Below, piece after piece: positions 39,128 through 49,507 of a stretch of DNA of 64,000 bases (the stretch's first letter is position 1; each line of letters opens with the position of its first letter). The notes beneath the pieces were generated by a model, which saw only the letters and a program-made list of their open reading frames with translations, had not been told where the DNA came from and did no database searches. The stretch lies in NCBI GenBank assembly GCA_043811375.1, contig JBDRNJ010000024.1, forward strand, positions 1 through 64,000, given 5' to 3'. The position numbers and the translations under genes were made by a program. Source of the stretch: a bacterium. Its GTDB lineage: Bacteria; Zixibacteria; MSB-5A5; GN15; FEB-12.

Positions 39128-39474
39128 CGCAGGGCTCCTTTTCCCAGGACATAAAAATACCCGACCAGAAGTATCACCACAAAGACCAACATCTCGATAA
39201 AGCCAAACAGGCCTAACTGCCGCGAGATAACCGCCCACGGGTACAGGAAGATCACTTCTATGTCAAAGAGTACAAAGAGAATAGCTACCATGTAGAACTT
39301 CACCGGTACCGGTTCCCGGGTAGTCCCGACCGGTGTCAGGCCGCATTCGTAGGGATCAGTTTTGTGGCCCTGCCTGGTTCGGCGTCCGATCAGGATCGAC
39401 AGCAACATCAGAATTGCCGCAATCATGGTGGCAAATATCACCAGGAAGAGGATCGGGTAAAATGTCTCGAACAT
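39118..39474 (-). CDS. nuoA: NADH-quinone oxidoreductase subunit A
   Basis: PYECG, FVLFDIE, KGALRW. Confidence 0.96.
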   Translation of the reverse strand: MFETFYPILFLVIFATMIAAILMLLSILIGRRTRQGHKTDPYECGLTPVGTTREPVPVKFYMVAILFVLFDIEVIFLYPWAVISRQLGLFGFIEMLVFVVILLVGYFYVLGKGALRWD

Positions 39475-39506
39475 ATCTACAGCCAACTCCGCAAAATAAT
39501 TCCCCA

Positions 39507-39535
39507 ACTTTAGTCGATCATCCACTGGAAGTCAA
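39507..39535 (-). promoter_or_regulatory. Putative nuo operon promoter
   Basis: TTGACT-17 bp-TAAAGT upstream of GGAG RBS of nuoA. Confidence 0.5.
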
Positions 39536-39774
39536 CAAATATCGCTGTTATCCTTAATGAAGCTGTTCCATAAGTAAGTTCCAGCCATATTATGTTCCAC
39601 GCCATACAGAAAAGCGATCCGCCAACTCCGCGCAGCGAAGGGGTGGCAAGCCACTACTATTCTATATCGCATAGTGGCGGGCTTTATGTCCGCCGGTGGC
39701 GTTGAAAAAGTCATTGCAAAGAGTGACGGCCTTCCGGCTGAAGCGACGTGGCTTTCTCGTTGACATTTTTACGC

Positions 39775-39800
39775 GCGGTCGGGAATCCTTTCCTGACCGC
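39775..39800. repeat. Intergenic REP-like hairpin
   Basis: GCGGTCGGGAATCCTTTCCTGACCGC. Confidence 0.45.
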
Positions 39801-40095
39801 ATCAAATGTAGCCGTCACGAACCTGGCAAAACTCATCCGGAATCACTACTTTGGCTTTTTCGCTCGCTCGCTGATAGCGATCTCTGACCGCCTCGAGGTA
39901 GGCACGTCATTCGTTTTCCCCCATATCACAGCTCCACTACCTGGTTACCAATATTATGAGGCAACGTACTATCCAGCAGCCTGTTTTCGGTTACCTTTTT
40001 TGTGAGGCAATGGCCGAATAGATAATGGAATAGGATTTCTCAACGAATGATATATATTGTGGGTGTACCGCTCATATAGGCCAGAGGTAACTCGC

Positions 40096-42027
40096 ATGTT
40101 CGTAATAGCACGAACGTTAACTGCGTATATTACAGCCATCGTGTTGGGGAGCAGTGGGGACTCATATAGTGCCGCAAACATCGAGACCGATACCACCGGG
40201 TCAAAGAAACTCCAGGTGTCCCGATCACTGCTTGAAGAAGCCCCCGACGTATTCCGTAACCAGTTTCTGCCAAGATTACCTGCACCCCATCAGATCACAA
40301 AATCACCCGGGCACTATTCAGTAGATGACTGGAAAAACGCTATCGATACGACCTGGGGTCCGGGACCGTCTGCGAGTGTAAAGGCCGCCAGGTTCGACCT
40401 GTTCTGGAACACTATAGATGATAGTTTTGCCTGTTTTCAGGACCTCGACGTCAACTGGGATTCAGTCGGGGACCATTATTCCACGGAAATCAACGATTCC
40501 ATCGTGAGCAGAGGTCGTTTCGCGGCAATAATGGACCACGCCACGAGAGCCTTAAAAGAGGGGCACACGATGTCCCGCGACAGCGTGGTCTACTTCACCC
40601 AACCGGCTCCCGGTGTTCCACTGATGTTTGTCGGCGGTTGGGGAACCAATGACCATTTCGGCGCCGGCCTGACTCCTTTGCCCGACAGCTCGTTGCTGGT
40701 CTACCGGACAGTGACAAATCACCCCCTCGGACTGGTACCGGGTGATATTGTGCTGGGTTATGACGGAATCCGATGGAAGCAGTTATACCGGGAGTTACTG
40801 GAGGCTGAACTACCGGTGACCGGGTTCTGGTGGGGAAGTTCGGAATCCTCACACACCCATTCCTGGCTGATGGCAGCCGGCCTCAACTGGCATCTTTTCG
40901 ACACAATTGACATCGTAAAGTATAATACGGGAGACACCCTGCATCTGGCCACCGATTTGCTGGTCGGGCAGGATATGCATCTTTGGGCCACGGAGCAAAT
41001 GGATATCCCCGGCGTACCCTTCCCGGATCTCTCAATAGACGACTTGATCACCTACGATTTTATCGAGGGAACGGATATCGGTTACATATACAGCTTAGGC
41101 TGGTACATCAATGGCGTAGATATGGACTGGTCCTGGGCTATAGCTTCCCTCTTGTATGGAACGACGGGGATGATTATTGACTTAAGGACCTGTTACGGTG
41201 GTAATCCCGCCTGGACACGACAGGGTCTGGAGTACCTTTTCGCTCAGACCGTGGATACAATCGGTATAGATATGCGTGCCGATCCCGATGACCACTTCAG
41301 TATGCAACCGTCCAGCCTTATCCCCGCCGACTGGTTCAAGATCGACGGTGATTCAACGTCATACTACGACAAGCCGGTAGCCGTGCTGATCGGGCCGGGA
41401 TGCATAAGCATGGGTGATCTCGTCGCCCTGCTGCTGACATTCTATCCCAACACCAGGCTCTTCGGCAAACCCACCTCGGCCGCCTTTAACAGCCCGGATG
41501 CGTATTCTGCCGGTGCGGATTTCTTCTTTCGCTATTCCCGAAGCGAAACGTACCTGTTTAGCAATCCCGGTCATTACCTGACCCACGACGAGTTCCCGAA
41601 TGCGATCGATTTCCCATGGATTTCATTCCAGGAGGTATGGCTGACACCTGACGGTGTAGCCGCCGGTAAAGATGACGTCGTTGAGGCTGCCATAGCCTGG
41701 ATAAACGCCACCACCGCTGCAGGAGATGAACCGGAGGAGACCCTGCCTGAGAGTTTCGCACTCCTCCAGAACTACCCCAACCCATTTAACCTGTCAACCA
41801 CGGTTTCATTTGATCTGCCGTCGCGCTCGCGCGTTGTCATCACCGTCTACAACGTGATCGGCCAGGTGGTGACAACATTGCTTGATGAAGTCAAACCGGC
41901 CGGCCGCTACGACATCAAATGGGACGGCAAAGATCAGCACGGCGAAACTATCGCCAGCGGCGTCTACTTATACGAAATGAGAGCCGGAGAATATACCGAT
42001 ACCCGGAAGATGCTGCTGTTGAAGTAG
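40096..42027 (+). CDS. S41 family peptidase with C-terminal FlgD-Ig/T9SS-like sorting domain
   Basis: LKEGHT, IIDLRTCYGG, CISMGD (catalytic Ser position), FALLQNYPNPFN...SGVYLY..KMLLLK. Confidence 0.85.
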   Translation: MFVIARTLTAYITAIVLGSSGDSYSAANIETDTTGSKKLQVSRSLLEEAPDVFRNQFLPRLPAPHQITKSPGHYSVDDWKNAIDTTWGPGPSASVKAARFDLFWNTIDDSFACFQDLDVNWDSVGDHYSTEINDSIVSRGRFAAIMDHATRALKEGHTMSRDSVVYFTQPAPGVPLMFVGGWGTNDHFGAGLTPLPDSSLLVYRTVTNHPLGLVPGDIVLGYDGIRWKQLYRELLEAELPVTGFWWGSSESSHTHSWLMAAGLNWHLFDTIDIVKYNTGDTLHLATDLLVGQDMHLWATEQMDIPGVPFPDLSIDDLITYDFIEGTDIGYIYSLGWYINGVDMDWSWAIASLLYGTTGMIIDLRTCYGGNPAWTRQGLEYLFAQTVDTIGIDMRADPDDHFSMQPSSLIPADWFKIDGDSTSYYDKPVAVLIGPGCISMGDLVALLLTFYPNTRLFGKPTSAAFNSPDAYSAGADFFFRYSRSETYLFSNPGHYLTHDEFPNAIDFPWISFQEVWLTPDGVAAGKDDVVEAAIAWINATTAAGDEPEETLPESFALLQNYPNPFNLSTTVSFDLPSRSRVVITVYNVIGQVVTTLLDEVKPAGRYDIKWDGKDQHGETIASGVYLYEMRAGEYTDTRKMLLLK

Positions 42028-42189
42028 CATGCGAGAGGATAATAATATATTTGATCGGGGTACGTTCTGAGGTTGTCCCATAAGGTGACGACTCGGGCTG
42101 GGCAGGGTGGGGGCTCTTCTCCCACCAATAAAAGTGGCGATAAGACAAATGAGAGTCCAGATTAAACCATAACATGCAAAGGGTTTAGC

Positions 42190-43650
42190 ATGAAAGTAAT
42201 CAAAGTGTTGTTCATCGGCATCGGCAGCATCATTGCGTTCTGGCTCATACTCATCATTGTAGTCGCCATCTTCATCGAACTCGACTCCAACGAAACAACC
42301 AAAACATCAACTATTCAAGATGGCGCACCTGCACAATCTGCCAGTTCGACCGTCGAAAAGACATCCGGCAAATCCGGCTCCAGTGCCAAGGCCGAGACAT
42401 CGACCCTTAAATGGCGGATCATTGAAAAACGAGATGTCAGTCATGGAGCCGCTGAGCGCATCACTTACTGGGTCCGACTCAAGGACGATTACAATAGAGA
42501 CGAAATCCGCAAGGTAATCACTCACATAACCAATAAGTACAAGACCCATTACGATATCATCTGGCTTCGGATTATACCGCCCGACGCCAAACGGAGAGGA
42601 GAAGATTGGGTTGGCTGGACCCCGGAAATCTGCAAAACAAAATGGATCAGCCCATCCCTGGATAAACAATGGCACACGACTGGTGATTGCATGGGAACTA
42701 TAGATGAACATCTCGGACGGATAGCCATAGACTGGTCTGATGTTCGCGATGTCTCAGACAGACCACTCACTGCGAGTGTGCAGGATTTGCCGGTGCTGGA
42801 GGACGTGGCCAAAGAGAAGGATGTCGCTGACAACAGCTCGGTCAAAGCGTCGGGGTCCACCAAACACATACTCCCCTTTGACCCAGACGAAATAGTTAAA
42901 CAACTTAAATCATCAGAGTTTTATGCTCACGCCGACAGCATCATCTGGGAGCGAGAGACAAATCTCCTCGGCACCAGTTGGTGGCATGGCCAAACCGAAC
43001 ATCTTTCAGTCCATTTCAGAATAGTCCCCGATCAGCTTGCTGTGAGTATTCTTGCCTCTACACCGGATGGAATGGCTACCGCTCTCTTGACAATAACTGC
43101 ACTCAATCGTGCAGCATTTCCGATTGATCATGATTCGATCACACGAGAGATAATCCCACAGCTTCTTAAGGCCGCTGAATCCAATCCAAGTGAATCTCAG
43201 GCAACAACCCACAACAATCTAGGGTTGGAAGTTGCCAAGACACCCACTGGACTATTAGCCTACATAATAACGCGTGAACCCGTCTTCCAGAAACCATCTG
43301 ATTTCAGTCCCGGCACGCCTGAATACACACTTGCTAACTACATATGGACCTGGAAGGATCAGGACTGGGTCGCGATGGTCGAACATTGTCAGTTGACCTG
43401 GCGATCAAATAGCAATGATCCCACAGATGATCTTAAGGTGTGGCTCAACTTTTGTACGCCTGTTGGATTCAGGATCATTGATAAGGAGGGCGGACCTGCC
43501 GTCGTGAACATCTCTTTCACTCTGAAGGTTGATTGCCAAGGTCTCAAGAAAGAAAAAATAAAAACGGCAAGGGTCATTAAGGAGCGGGCACCATACAAGG
43601 TCAGTGTCGACGGACTGTGGGGTGTGAACCCGTATTCCTTTTTTCCATAG
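42190..43650 (+). CDS. Hypothetical membrane-anchored multidomain protein
   Basis: N-terminal TM, Ser/Thr-rich linker, 486 aa, atypical codon usage. Confidence 0.75.
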   Translation: MKVIKVLFIGIGSIIAFWLILIIVVAIFIELDSNETTKTSTIQDGAPAQSASSTVEKTSGKSGSSAKAETSTLKWRIIEKRDVSHGAAERITYWVRLKDDYNRDEIRKVITHITNKYKTHYDIIWLRIIPPDAKRRGEDWVGWTPEICKTKWISPSLDKQWHTTGDCMGTIDEHLGRIAIDWSDVRDVSDRPLTASVQDLPVLEDVAKEKDVADNSSVKASGSTKHILPFDPDEIVKQLKSSEFYAHADSIIWERETNLLGTSWWHGQTEHLSVHFRIVPDQLAVSILASTPDGMATALLTITALNRAAFPIDHDSITREIIPQLLKAAESNPSESQATTHNNLGLEVAKTPTGLLAYIITREPVFQKPSDFSPGTPEYTLANYIWTWKDQDWVAMVEHCQLTWRSNSNDPTDDLKVWLNFCTPVGFRIIDKEGGPAVVNISFTLKVDCQGLKKEKIKTARVIKERAPYKVSVDGLWGVNPYSFFP

Positions 43651-43778
43651 GCCAATACGGAGTAGAAGTGATGTCGTATTACCAAAAAAGCCCCGGCGTA
43701 AACACCAACAGTGTTCAGATAGTTTGGGACTTAACATGTTCGGAACTTACTTGTAGGTCAACTTCTCCCCCTACACCA

Positions 43779-43870
43779 CAGAAGTGGGCGCATGATGTCG
43801 TACGCCCACCACAATCTACCGGCAGGTGTCCATATCTACCTCGTAGTCATGCTGAGCGGAGTCGAAGCAT
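43779..43870. repeat. REP-like cluster containing copies of the 3007-3040 and 14416-14440 units
   Basis: CAGAAGTGGGCGCATGATGTCGTACGCCCACCAC (43779-43812) and GTCATGCTGAGCGGAGTCGAAGCAT (43846-43870). Confidence 0.7.
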
Positions 43871-43948
43871 GGAGCAGTGCCATTAAGCTCAACTAATAAA
43901 CTCATCAGACTTCGACGCTGCCATGTGAGCGGGTTTCCTTACACAAAC

Positions 43949-45001
43949 CTACACACCGATCCGTATATGGTTTGAGAATATCCAGCCCCGCTTTCCTTTC
44001 CAGGCCTCAACACGGTAGATTCCCGGTTGAGACACGCTGTATTCCAGACGATCGGTATCAGCCTGGAGAATTATCTGTCCGTTATGTATCAGTTTGAGTG
44101 TGGCCCGGGAAGGGGTGCGGACCAGCAGGCGAGTGTTGTCATCTATCGGCAAACATCCACCACACACCACGCGTTCGGTAGCGTTCTGACCGTAAAACTC
44201 AAAGGCATCGACATTCCCCCAGCGCATATTGGACATGTAAAGCCGGGCATCACGTATGGCGTCGTACAACTGCCGGCGAGCGACCGGGAATTCTTTCGCC
44301 ATCGGCTCCGGTAATATAATGTGGCAGCGCAGGCACCTGAAATGCACCTTGTAGGGAAAAATTTCAACCTTGAAGGGACCGATACGAAACTGAAAGGCGT
44401 GAGCGTCCGGACTGGCGATACCGACTACTTTCCGTTCCATATTCAACTCGTCCCATTTCTTCAGAATCCGGTCGGTGGGTCCGATCATTGACTTGCGTGG
44501 CGAAAAGGCCATCAGCAGCAGGTTGTACCGGGTCAGTTGTTCCATCCATTCCGACATCTGGTTCCACAGTTCGATGCCGGTGAATCCGTCGGCCGTCCAG
44601 TCTTTCCACGGGTAGGCCGGGAATCGCTCCAGACGGTTTCTGATTTCGTCCGGGTGAGCCAGGATACCGATAGCGCCATCGGTCGCCCCGGCGGCAACAT
44701 ATTCGGCCGCCGTCATGTCAACCGGATATACCCGGGGCACGTCGTACAGTAAATAATGGTGGATATCGTCGGAGTCGTTGTGTTCGTAACCTATGACTAC
44801 GAGAGTTTTGCCGTACAGACCTTCGCCATTACGATCACGGTTGCTCAGTGTCATGTGATCGGAGAACATCATGAAATCGAGACCGGACCGTTGGCCGATA
44901 GCGATGACGTCCTCCAGGCTCCGGGTACCGTCGGACTCGGTGGTGTGGATGTGTATGGCGCCGCTGTAGTAGTACCAGTCACCGACCCGCTTACCCATCA
45001 T
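43949..45001 (-). CDS. PHP-fold metallohydrolase (CehA/McbA / histidinol-phosphatase-like)
   Basis: HIHTTESDG, SDH, AHP, PDAH. Confidence 0.85.
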   Translation of the reverse strand: MMGKRVGDWYYYSGAIHIHTTESDGTRSLEDVIAIGQRSGLDFMMFSDHMTLSNRDRNGEGLYGKTLVVIGYEHNDSDDIHHYLLYDVPRVYPVDMTAAEYVAAGATDGAIGILAHPDEIRNRLERFPAYPWKDWTADGFTGIELWNQMSEWMEQLTRYNLLLMAFSPRKSMIGPTDRILKKWDELNMERKVVGIASPDAHAFQFRIGPFKVEIFPYKVHFRCLRCHIILPEPMAKEFPVARRQLYDAIRDARLYMSNMRWGNVDAFEFYGQNATERVVCGGCLPIDDNTRLLVRTPSRATLKLIHNGQIILQADTDRLEYSVSQPGIYRVEAWKGKRGWIFSNHIRIGV

Positions 45002-46319
45002 TTATCCTCCGGGTCTCGGGCACTTTCCTGAAAATATACAATCCGACTACCATCATCGCCGCCAGTGTCAACACCCCCATTTTATATGGAAGTTTGACGG
45101 GGTCTATCGCGCCTTCTCCAAGCAGACTGATAGTAGCCCGTCCCAGCGACCGGTCCGGTCCAAACAGGTAGACTACTAACGTCCAGATCAGCGGTCCCAC
45201 CACAGCAGCGGCCCGACCCGACAGCGCAAACAACCCGAAGAATCGCCCCAGGTCTTCGCGCGGCACCAGTTCCGCCAGCAGGGGTCGCGATGTCGTCCAT
45301 AATCCTCCCAGCAGCACGCCTACCAGCGAACCGAGCACCCAGATCATTGCCGTGCTGTCGGTCATCAGAAACACCATTAGTACCACCACCCAACCCCAGA
45401 CAATCAGATTGAGCAGCTTTTTCAACGACCAGTGCTGGGCGAGTTTGCCGATTGCAAACGATCCCGCCACCGCCGAAACCGTCGAGATTATCAGGAAAGT
45501 GTCAATGGCTTCATCAGCCAGGCCGATCACAATCGTACAATACAAACCGATATTAATGATGACCGTCGCCACGGCATCTTCAAAGAAATAATCAGCGATA
45601 AGAAAGCGCAGTACGCCGGGATATTTCCGCGTCTGGCGAATCCCATCCCAGACAGCCCGATAGGAAGCCCCCAGTGAAATCCGGGCTCGTGGCCGTGATA
45701 CCGGCCGTTCCTTCACCCAAAGAAAGAGTGGTACAGCGAATAACATAAACAGGAGTGCCGTGGGCATAAACGAGCCCTGCTTGCCTGATCCATCCAGGAA
45801 AGGTACATCCCAACCATACAGATTTCCGTTGACGAACGGCAGAACCAGGACTATCCCCAGGACGGCGCCGACATAGCCCAACGCCACTCCCACTCCGGAG
45901 ATGAACCGTGCCCGAGCCCCTTCAGCCACCGAATACAGCAGTGAGTTGTAAAACGGTTGCCCGGCTTCGTAGGAGAAGTTGGCAATAATAAACAGGATAA
46001 TCGTCACGGCTATCAGTGAGGGTGGTATGACAGCCAACAATCCCACTGACAGACAGCAGGAAATGGTGAACAAAAACAAGAATATCTTTTTCTTCGTCGA
46101 CTGATCCGACATCGCTCCCAAAGCCGGTAAGAGCAAGGCGGCCGCGGCCATGGAAATCGAAAACGGGATATCGAAGTAATAATCTTCCCGCCCTAAATCC
46201 TCGACAATATAAAGCTTCAGATAGCGTGACGTTACGTTCATGGAATAGATGGTATTGGCGAAATCGTACAGGGACCAGCCGAGGATTTCCTTTCTCCACA
46301 GAGATTGCGGTTTATCCAT
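44991..46319 (-). CDS. MFS transporter, UMF1/ATG22-like
   Basis: WSLYDFAN, ISGVGVALGYVG, FFGLFALSGR; multi-TM. Confidence 0.88.
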   Translation of the reverse strand: MDKPQSLWRKEILGWSLYDFANTIYSMNVTSRYLKLYIVEDLGREDYYFDIPFSISMAAAALLLPALGAMSDQSTKKKIFLFLFTISCCLSVGLLAVIPPSLIAVTIILFIIANFSYEAGQPFYNSLLYSVAEGARARFISGVGVALGYVGAVLGIVLVLPFVNGNLYGWDVPFLDGSGKQGSFMPTALLFMLFAVPLFLWVKERPVSRPRARISLGASYRAVWDGIRQTRKYPGVLRFLIADYFFEDAVATVIINIGLYCTIVIGLADEAIDTFLIISTVSAVAGSFAIGKLAQHWSLKKLLNLIVWGWVVVLMVFLMTDSTAMIWVLGSLVGVLLGGLWTTSRPLLAELVPREDLGRFFGLFALSGRAAAVVGPLIWTLVVYLFGPDRSLGRATISLLGEGAIDPVKLPYKMGVLTLAAMMVVGLYIFRKVPETRRINDG

Positions 46320-46322
46320 CGA

Positions 46323-46883
46323 CTACAACCCGAGTTGGTCGGAGATGGTTATCATGCCGTCTCTTACCAGCAACAGAAACTGATCGAGTTCAAGACCCAG
46401 GTTGTCACAGGCAGCCATGTTTTCCCGCAACGCTCCGGCGGCAAAGCGTTTCTCCTTGAAACGCCGCAGCATGAAGGCATTGTCGAAAGCCGATAGACAC
46501 TTCTGTGGATGCATCAGGGCACAGGCAACCAGAAAACCGGTAGCCGGGTCCACCGTATAAAGCGCCCAATCCAGACGGCTCCGACAGGGTACATGGCCGG
46601 GGTGAGCATGGATAGCATAGAGCATCTCCTCCGGCAGGTTGTAAGGCGCCAACCATTCGCCGGTCAGGTAAGTATGTCGGGCTTCGTCGTCTTTAGTCTC
46701 GTTGTAATCCAGATCATGCAGCAACCCGGTCAGACCCCAGTACTCTACATCCTCACCGAAATGCTCAGCCAGTCGTCGCATACCGGCCTCCACCGCCAGG
46801 ATATGTTTCAGCAGGTTGTTGACACCTATCTTCTCGACAACCATCTGATAGGCTTGCTCGCGGTTTAGTGATAATTCTACCAT
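46323..46883 (-). CDS. HDIG/HD-domain metal-dependent hydrolase
   Basis: LLKHILAVEA, GLLHDLDY, AIHAH, KEKRFAAG. Confidence 0.88.
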   Translation of the reverse strand: MVELSLNREQAYQMVVEKIGVNNLLKHILAVEAGMRRLAEHFGEDVEYWGLTGLLHDLDYNETKDDEARHTYLTGEWLAPYNLPEEMLYAIHAHPGHVPCRSRLDWALYTVDPATGFLVACALMHPQKCLSAFDNAFMLRRFKEKRFAAGALRENMAACDNLGLELDQFLLLVRDGMITISDQLGL

Positions 46884-46890
46884 AACCTGT

Positions 46891-46919
46891 AATAAAGGAT
46901 GATGTTGTCGACCTGTCAA
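46891..46919 (-). promoter_or_regulatory. Putative promoter, possibly leaderless, of HDIG-MFS-PHP unit
   Basis: TTGACA-17 bp-TTTATT, 7 nt before ATG 46883. Confidence 0.45.
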
Positions 46920-46959
46920 GGTACAGAACTACTCGCCGGTTCCCTCCCGGACCCACCAT

Positions 46960-48984
46960 CTAATCCAGGAAATTCCATTGGAGATGATAGTAGAAGTAAC
47001 GGCCGGGAAAGGTGACGTACTCGCGTGAATGATAGGCTCGGGACAGCACATTCTGAAATACGAAATCGAACCGGAAATCCTTTAGCGCAAAAGACAGCTT
47101 GGCGTTCACCACCGGATTCATCCCCATATCCCGCTCCTGATATCCGTGGTACGGCCCGGTATAGACGATCTCGCCATAGGCAAACAGATCCAGCAGCCGC
47201 TGTGCCCAGAAGACGTGCATCTCAAGACCCGAGAAGTACTGGTATTCGGGGTCATAAGCCTTCTCTTCAAAAGCGCCGTAGAACTGCCAGTGCCAGGCGC
47301 CGCCACCGGTGTAAGTCAGAAATCGGCCCAGCCTGATACTGGGTCCGGCGCTGATATCGAAAAAGTCAATATCACCGTTCATCGGTGAAAAAAGCGTGTA
47401 AGATTTTATAGTATCCTCTATGGTTTCCCGGTGCCAGTCGATGCCGTCCAGGATGGTGCCACCCGTGACCCGAATACTAAAGTTGTTGTCAACCGACCCC
47501 AACTCCACCACCGAACTGGCCACCAATTGCCTTTCCGATTTGATATTATTGTTCCCCTGCTCCGCATAACCATCCGAGCCACTACCGTATAGAGTCGCTT
47601 TCTGGAAAGGCAGGTGCAATTCATACAGCGAAGGCGCTCGCTCGCTGTAGCCGACCGACAGCATCAACAACGATCGCGGCGTTTCCCGCCACAGGACGGC
47701 TGCCGCCGACGGCAACACCCGGAAATCCTCAACATACCGCGCAGAAACAAAAGCTGCCCAGCGTGTCCCTGACCGCAGGCTCCCGACGCGCAGGGTCATG
47801 CCGCCATCGGCGCGGTCAAGATTCTTAGGACCGTCATCGTATTCCAGGTAATCGGCATCGAGGTGCACCTGAAATACGGTCGTCCCCGAAAGCCACTCCC
47901 TGAGAGCGAACACTCCATGCCCGGTCAGGTTTAGACGGTTTTTAGTAACACCGGTGACATAGGAACCCTGGCGCAGATGCCGATAGCCGATCTCACTGCG
48001 AGCCCGGTTGTCACTGCTATTCAGATCATAAGAGAGTTGAACCGAGCGGTCAAAACGCTCACGGTCAACGGCCGCTCCGCCAGCTTCGGGTCTCACGACA
48101 AAATCCCCCTCCCGATGGTACAGTTGTCCCCAGGCGCAAAATCCGGCCCGTGACGCCAGCGGGAAGTAAAAGTCGCCATAGTAATGATAGGCGTCATCGA
48201 TCCGGTTGACATCCGGGCCGTCGGCATCACGGTAACCTATCGACGCATTGATGCGACGTCCCGACAGGAACCGACGCGAGTAGCGACCGCGCACATAGGA
48301 ATAACCGAAAGCACCCTTGTCGGCCAGCAGGGCCGTCTCAGCTTTGTGCGTTGACGGGCGACCGGGTCGCGTCAGGAGTGTAGCCACGGCGTTACGACCG
48401 CCAAGAATCTGACCCACCGGACCGGGCAACACGAAGATATCGGCATTGAAAGCGGTGGGCATGTCATTGAGATCCGTCAAACCGTCGGGCTGGGGAATAT
48501 GCTCAAAAGGGTGTAATTGGCGGCCGTCGATCAGTAGATTAAGACGATCGCCCGGAAGACCGAACGGTTGCACCGTCTTGCGCAGCGGTGTCACCTGGTG
48601 CTCAATAATCAGGTAGGAGGGATCGAAGCGAAAATAATCGCCGGCATCGTGAAAGGAAGATCGGTCGACATGTCGGCGCCGATTGAATCGTTCCGAAGTA
48701 AAATAGGTCGTAAGACTGTCCATGGCTGAGAGACCGGGTTGACGCTGGCGACGGCGGCGAAACTCCCGGAGACGTTCTTCAACACCAACACCGGAGGTAT
48801 CCGCGACACCGGTACTGTCGGCCGGTAACAGTTGCTCCGACAGAGTATCAATTACACCAGTTGTGTCATTCGTCAGGGGGAGATCAGGAACTTCTGTATC
48901 GGTAGTATCTGCTGCTACCGGTGCCGCCGGTGATACCGGTGCCGTCAGGCAAACCAGGATCAATATGAGCGTTCTAACTCTCAC
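46960..48984 (-). CDS. TonB-dependent receptor-like / putative porin outer-membrane protein
   Basis: Signal peptide, plug-like LLIDGRQL segment, RAPSLYEL, C-terminal FQNVL..PGR..QWNFLD. Confidence 0.7.
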   Translation of the reverse strand: MRVRTLILILVCLTAPVSPAAPVAADTTDTEVPDLPLTNDTTGVIDTLSEQLLPADSTGVADTSGVGVEERLREFRRRRQRQPGLSAMDSLTTYFTSERFNRRRHVDRSSFHDAGDYFRFDPSYLIIEHQVTPLRKTVQPFGLPGDRLNLLIDGRQLHPFEHIPQPDGLTDLNDMPTAFNADIFVLPGPVGQILGGRNAVATLLTRPGRPSTHKAETALLADKGAFGYSYVRGRYSRRFLSGRRINASIGYRDADGPDVNRIDDAYHYYGDFYFPLASRAGFCAWGQLYHREGDFVVRPEAGGAAVDRERFDRSVQLSYDLNSSDNRARSEIGYRHLRQGSYVTGVTKNRLNLTGHGVFALREWLSGTTVFQVHLDADYLEYDDGPKNLDRADGGMTLRVGSLRSGTRWAAFVSARYVEDFRVLPSAAAVLWRETPRSLLMLSVGYSERAPSLYELHLPFQKATLYGSGSDGYAEQGNNNIKSERQLVASSVVELGSVDNNFSIRVTGGTILDGIDWHRETIEDTIKSYTLFSPMNGDIDFFDISAGPSIRLGRFLTYTGGGAWHWQFYGAFEEKAYDPEYQYFSGLEMHVFWAQRLLDLFAYGEIVYTGPYHGYQERDMGMNPVVNAKLSFALKDFRFDFVFQNVLSRAYHSREYVTFPGRYFYYHLQWNFLD

Positions 48985-49507
48985 CAATAACTCCCTCCCT
49001 GACATATAACCGCCGGGCGGCACTAAAAAGCAACGGGAAAATCAGCACGTTGGATACCATGGAGATTCCAGCCCAGATGGCGCCACCGACAAACCTCGGC
49101 CAGAACGGTTGAAAGAGTGCCGCATCGACGATGTTCACCGGCAGGTAGAAAATAACCGTACACAAAATCGCCGCCGGCACCAGGCGACCGACCATAGCCG
49201 GACCCCGACATTGCCGCCGGAGGAAAGTACGAAAAACAACTCCCACCAGACCACTGCCGGCAGCGCCAAGAACTTGCGCCACCATAATCGGCACCGGCGC
49301 CGGACCATAGGGATTGAGTGCCGTCCATAAACCCATGCCAAACAGTCCCACCAACGCACCCGGCAGCGCACCCCACATCAGGCCGGCGGAAAACACTATA
49401 AAAAAGATGAAGTTTATATTGGGCAGAAATGATGTTCCCCAGGACAGAACATATACCAGGGCCGAAAAAAGCGCCACACGAGCAACCAGGTGGTGCCTTG
49501 ACATCAT
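48974..49507 (-). CDS. ECF transporter S-component (CbrT/BtuM-like, probably cobalamin)
   Basis: RVALFSAL, LPNINF, NPYG; about 6 TM; overlaps receptor gene. Confidence 0.75.
   Translation of the reverse strand: MMSRHHLVARVALFSALVYVLSWGTSFLPNINFIFFIVFSAGLMWGALPGALVGLFGMGLWTALNPYGPAPVPIMVAQVLGAAGSGLVGVVFRTFLRRQCRGPAMVGRLVPAAILCTVIFYLPVNIVDAALFQPFWPRFVGGAIWAGISMVSNVLIFPLLFSAARRLYVREGVIGES

Noticed and set aside
39536..40090. Riboswitch, ncRNA or small ORF in the long nuoA-S41 intergenic region
   Set aside because: No recognisable consensus; short ORFs lack RBS or coding character; an Rfam scan would be needed to exclude it
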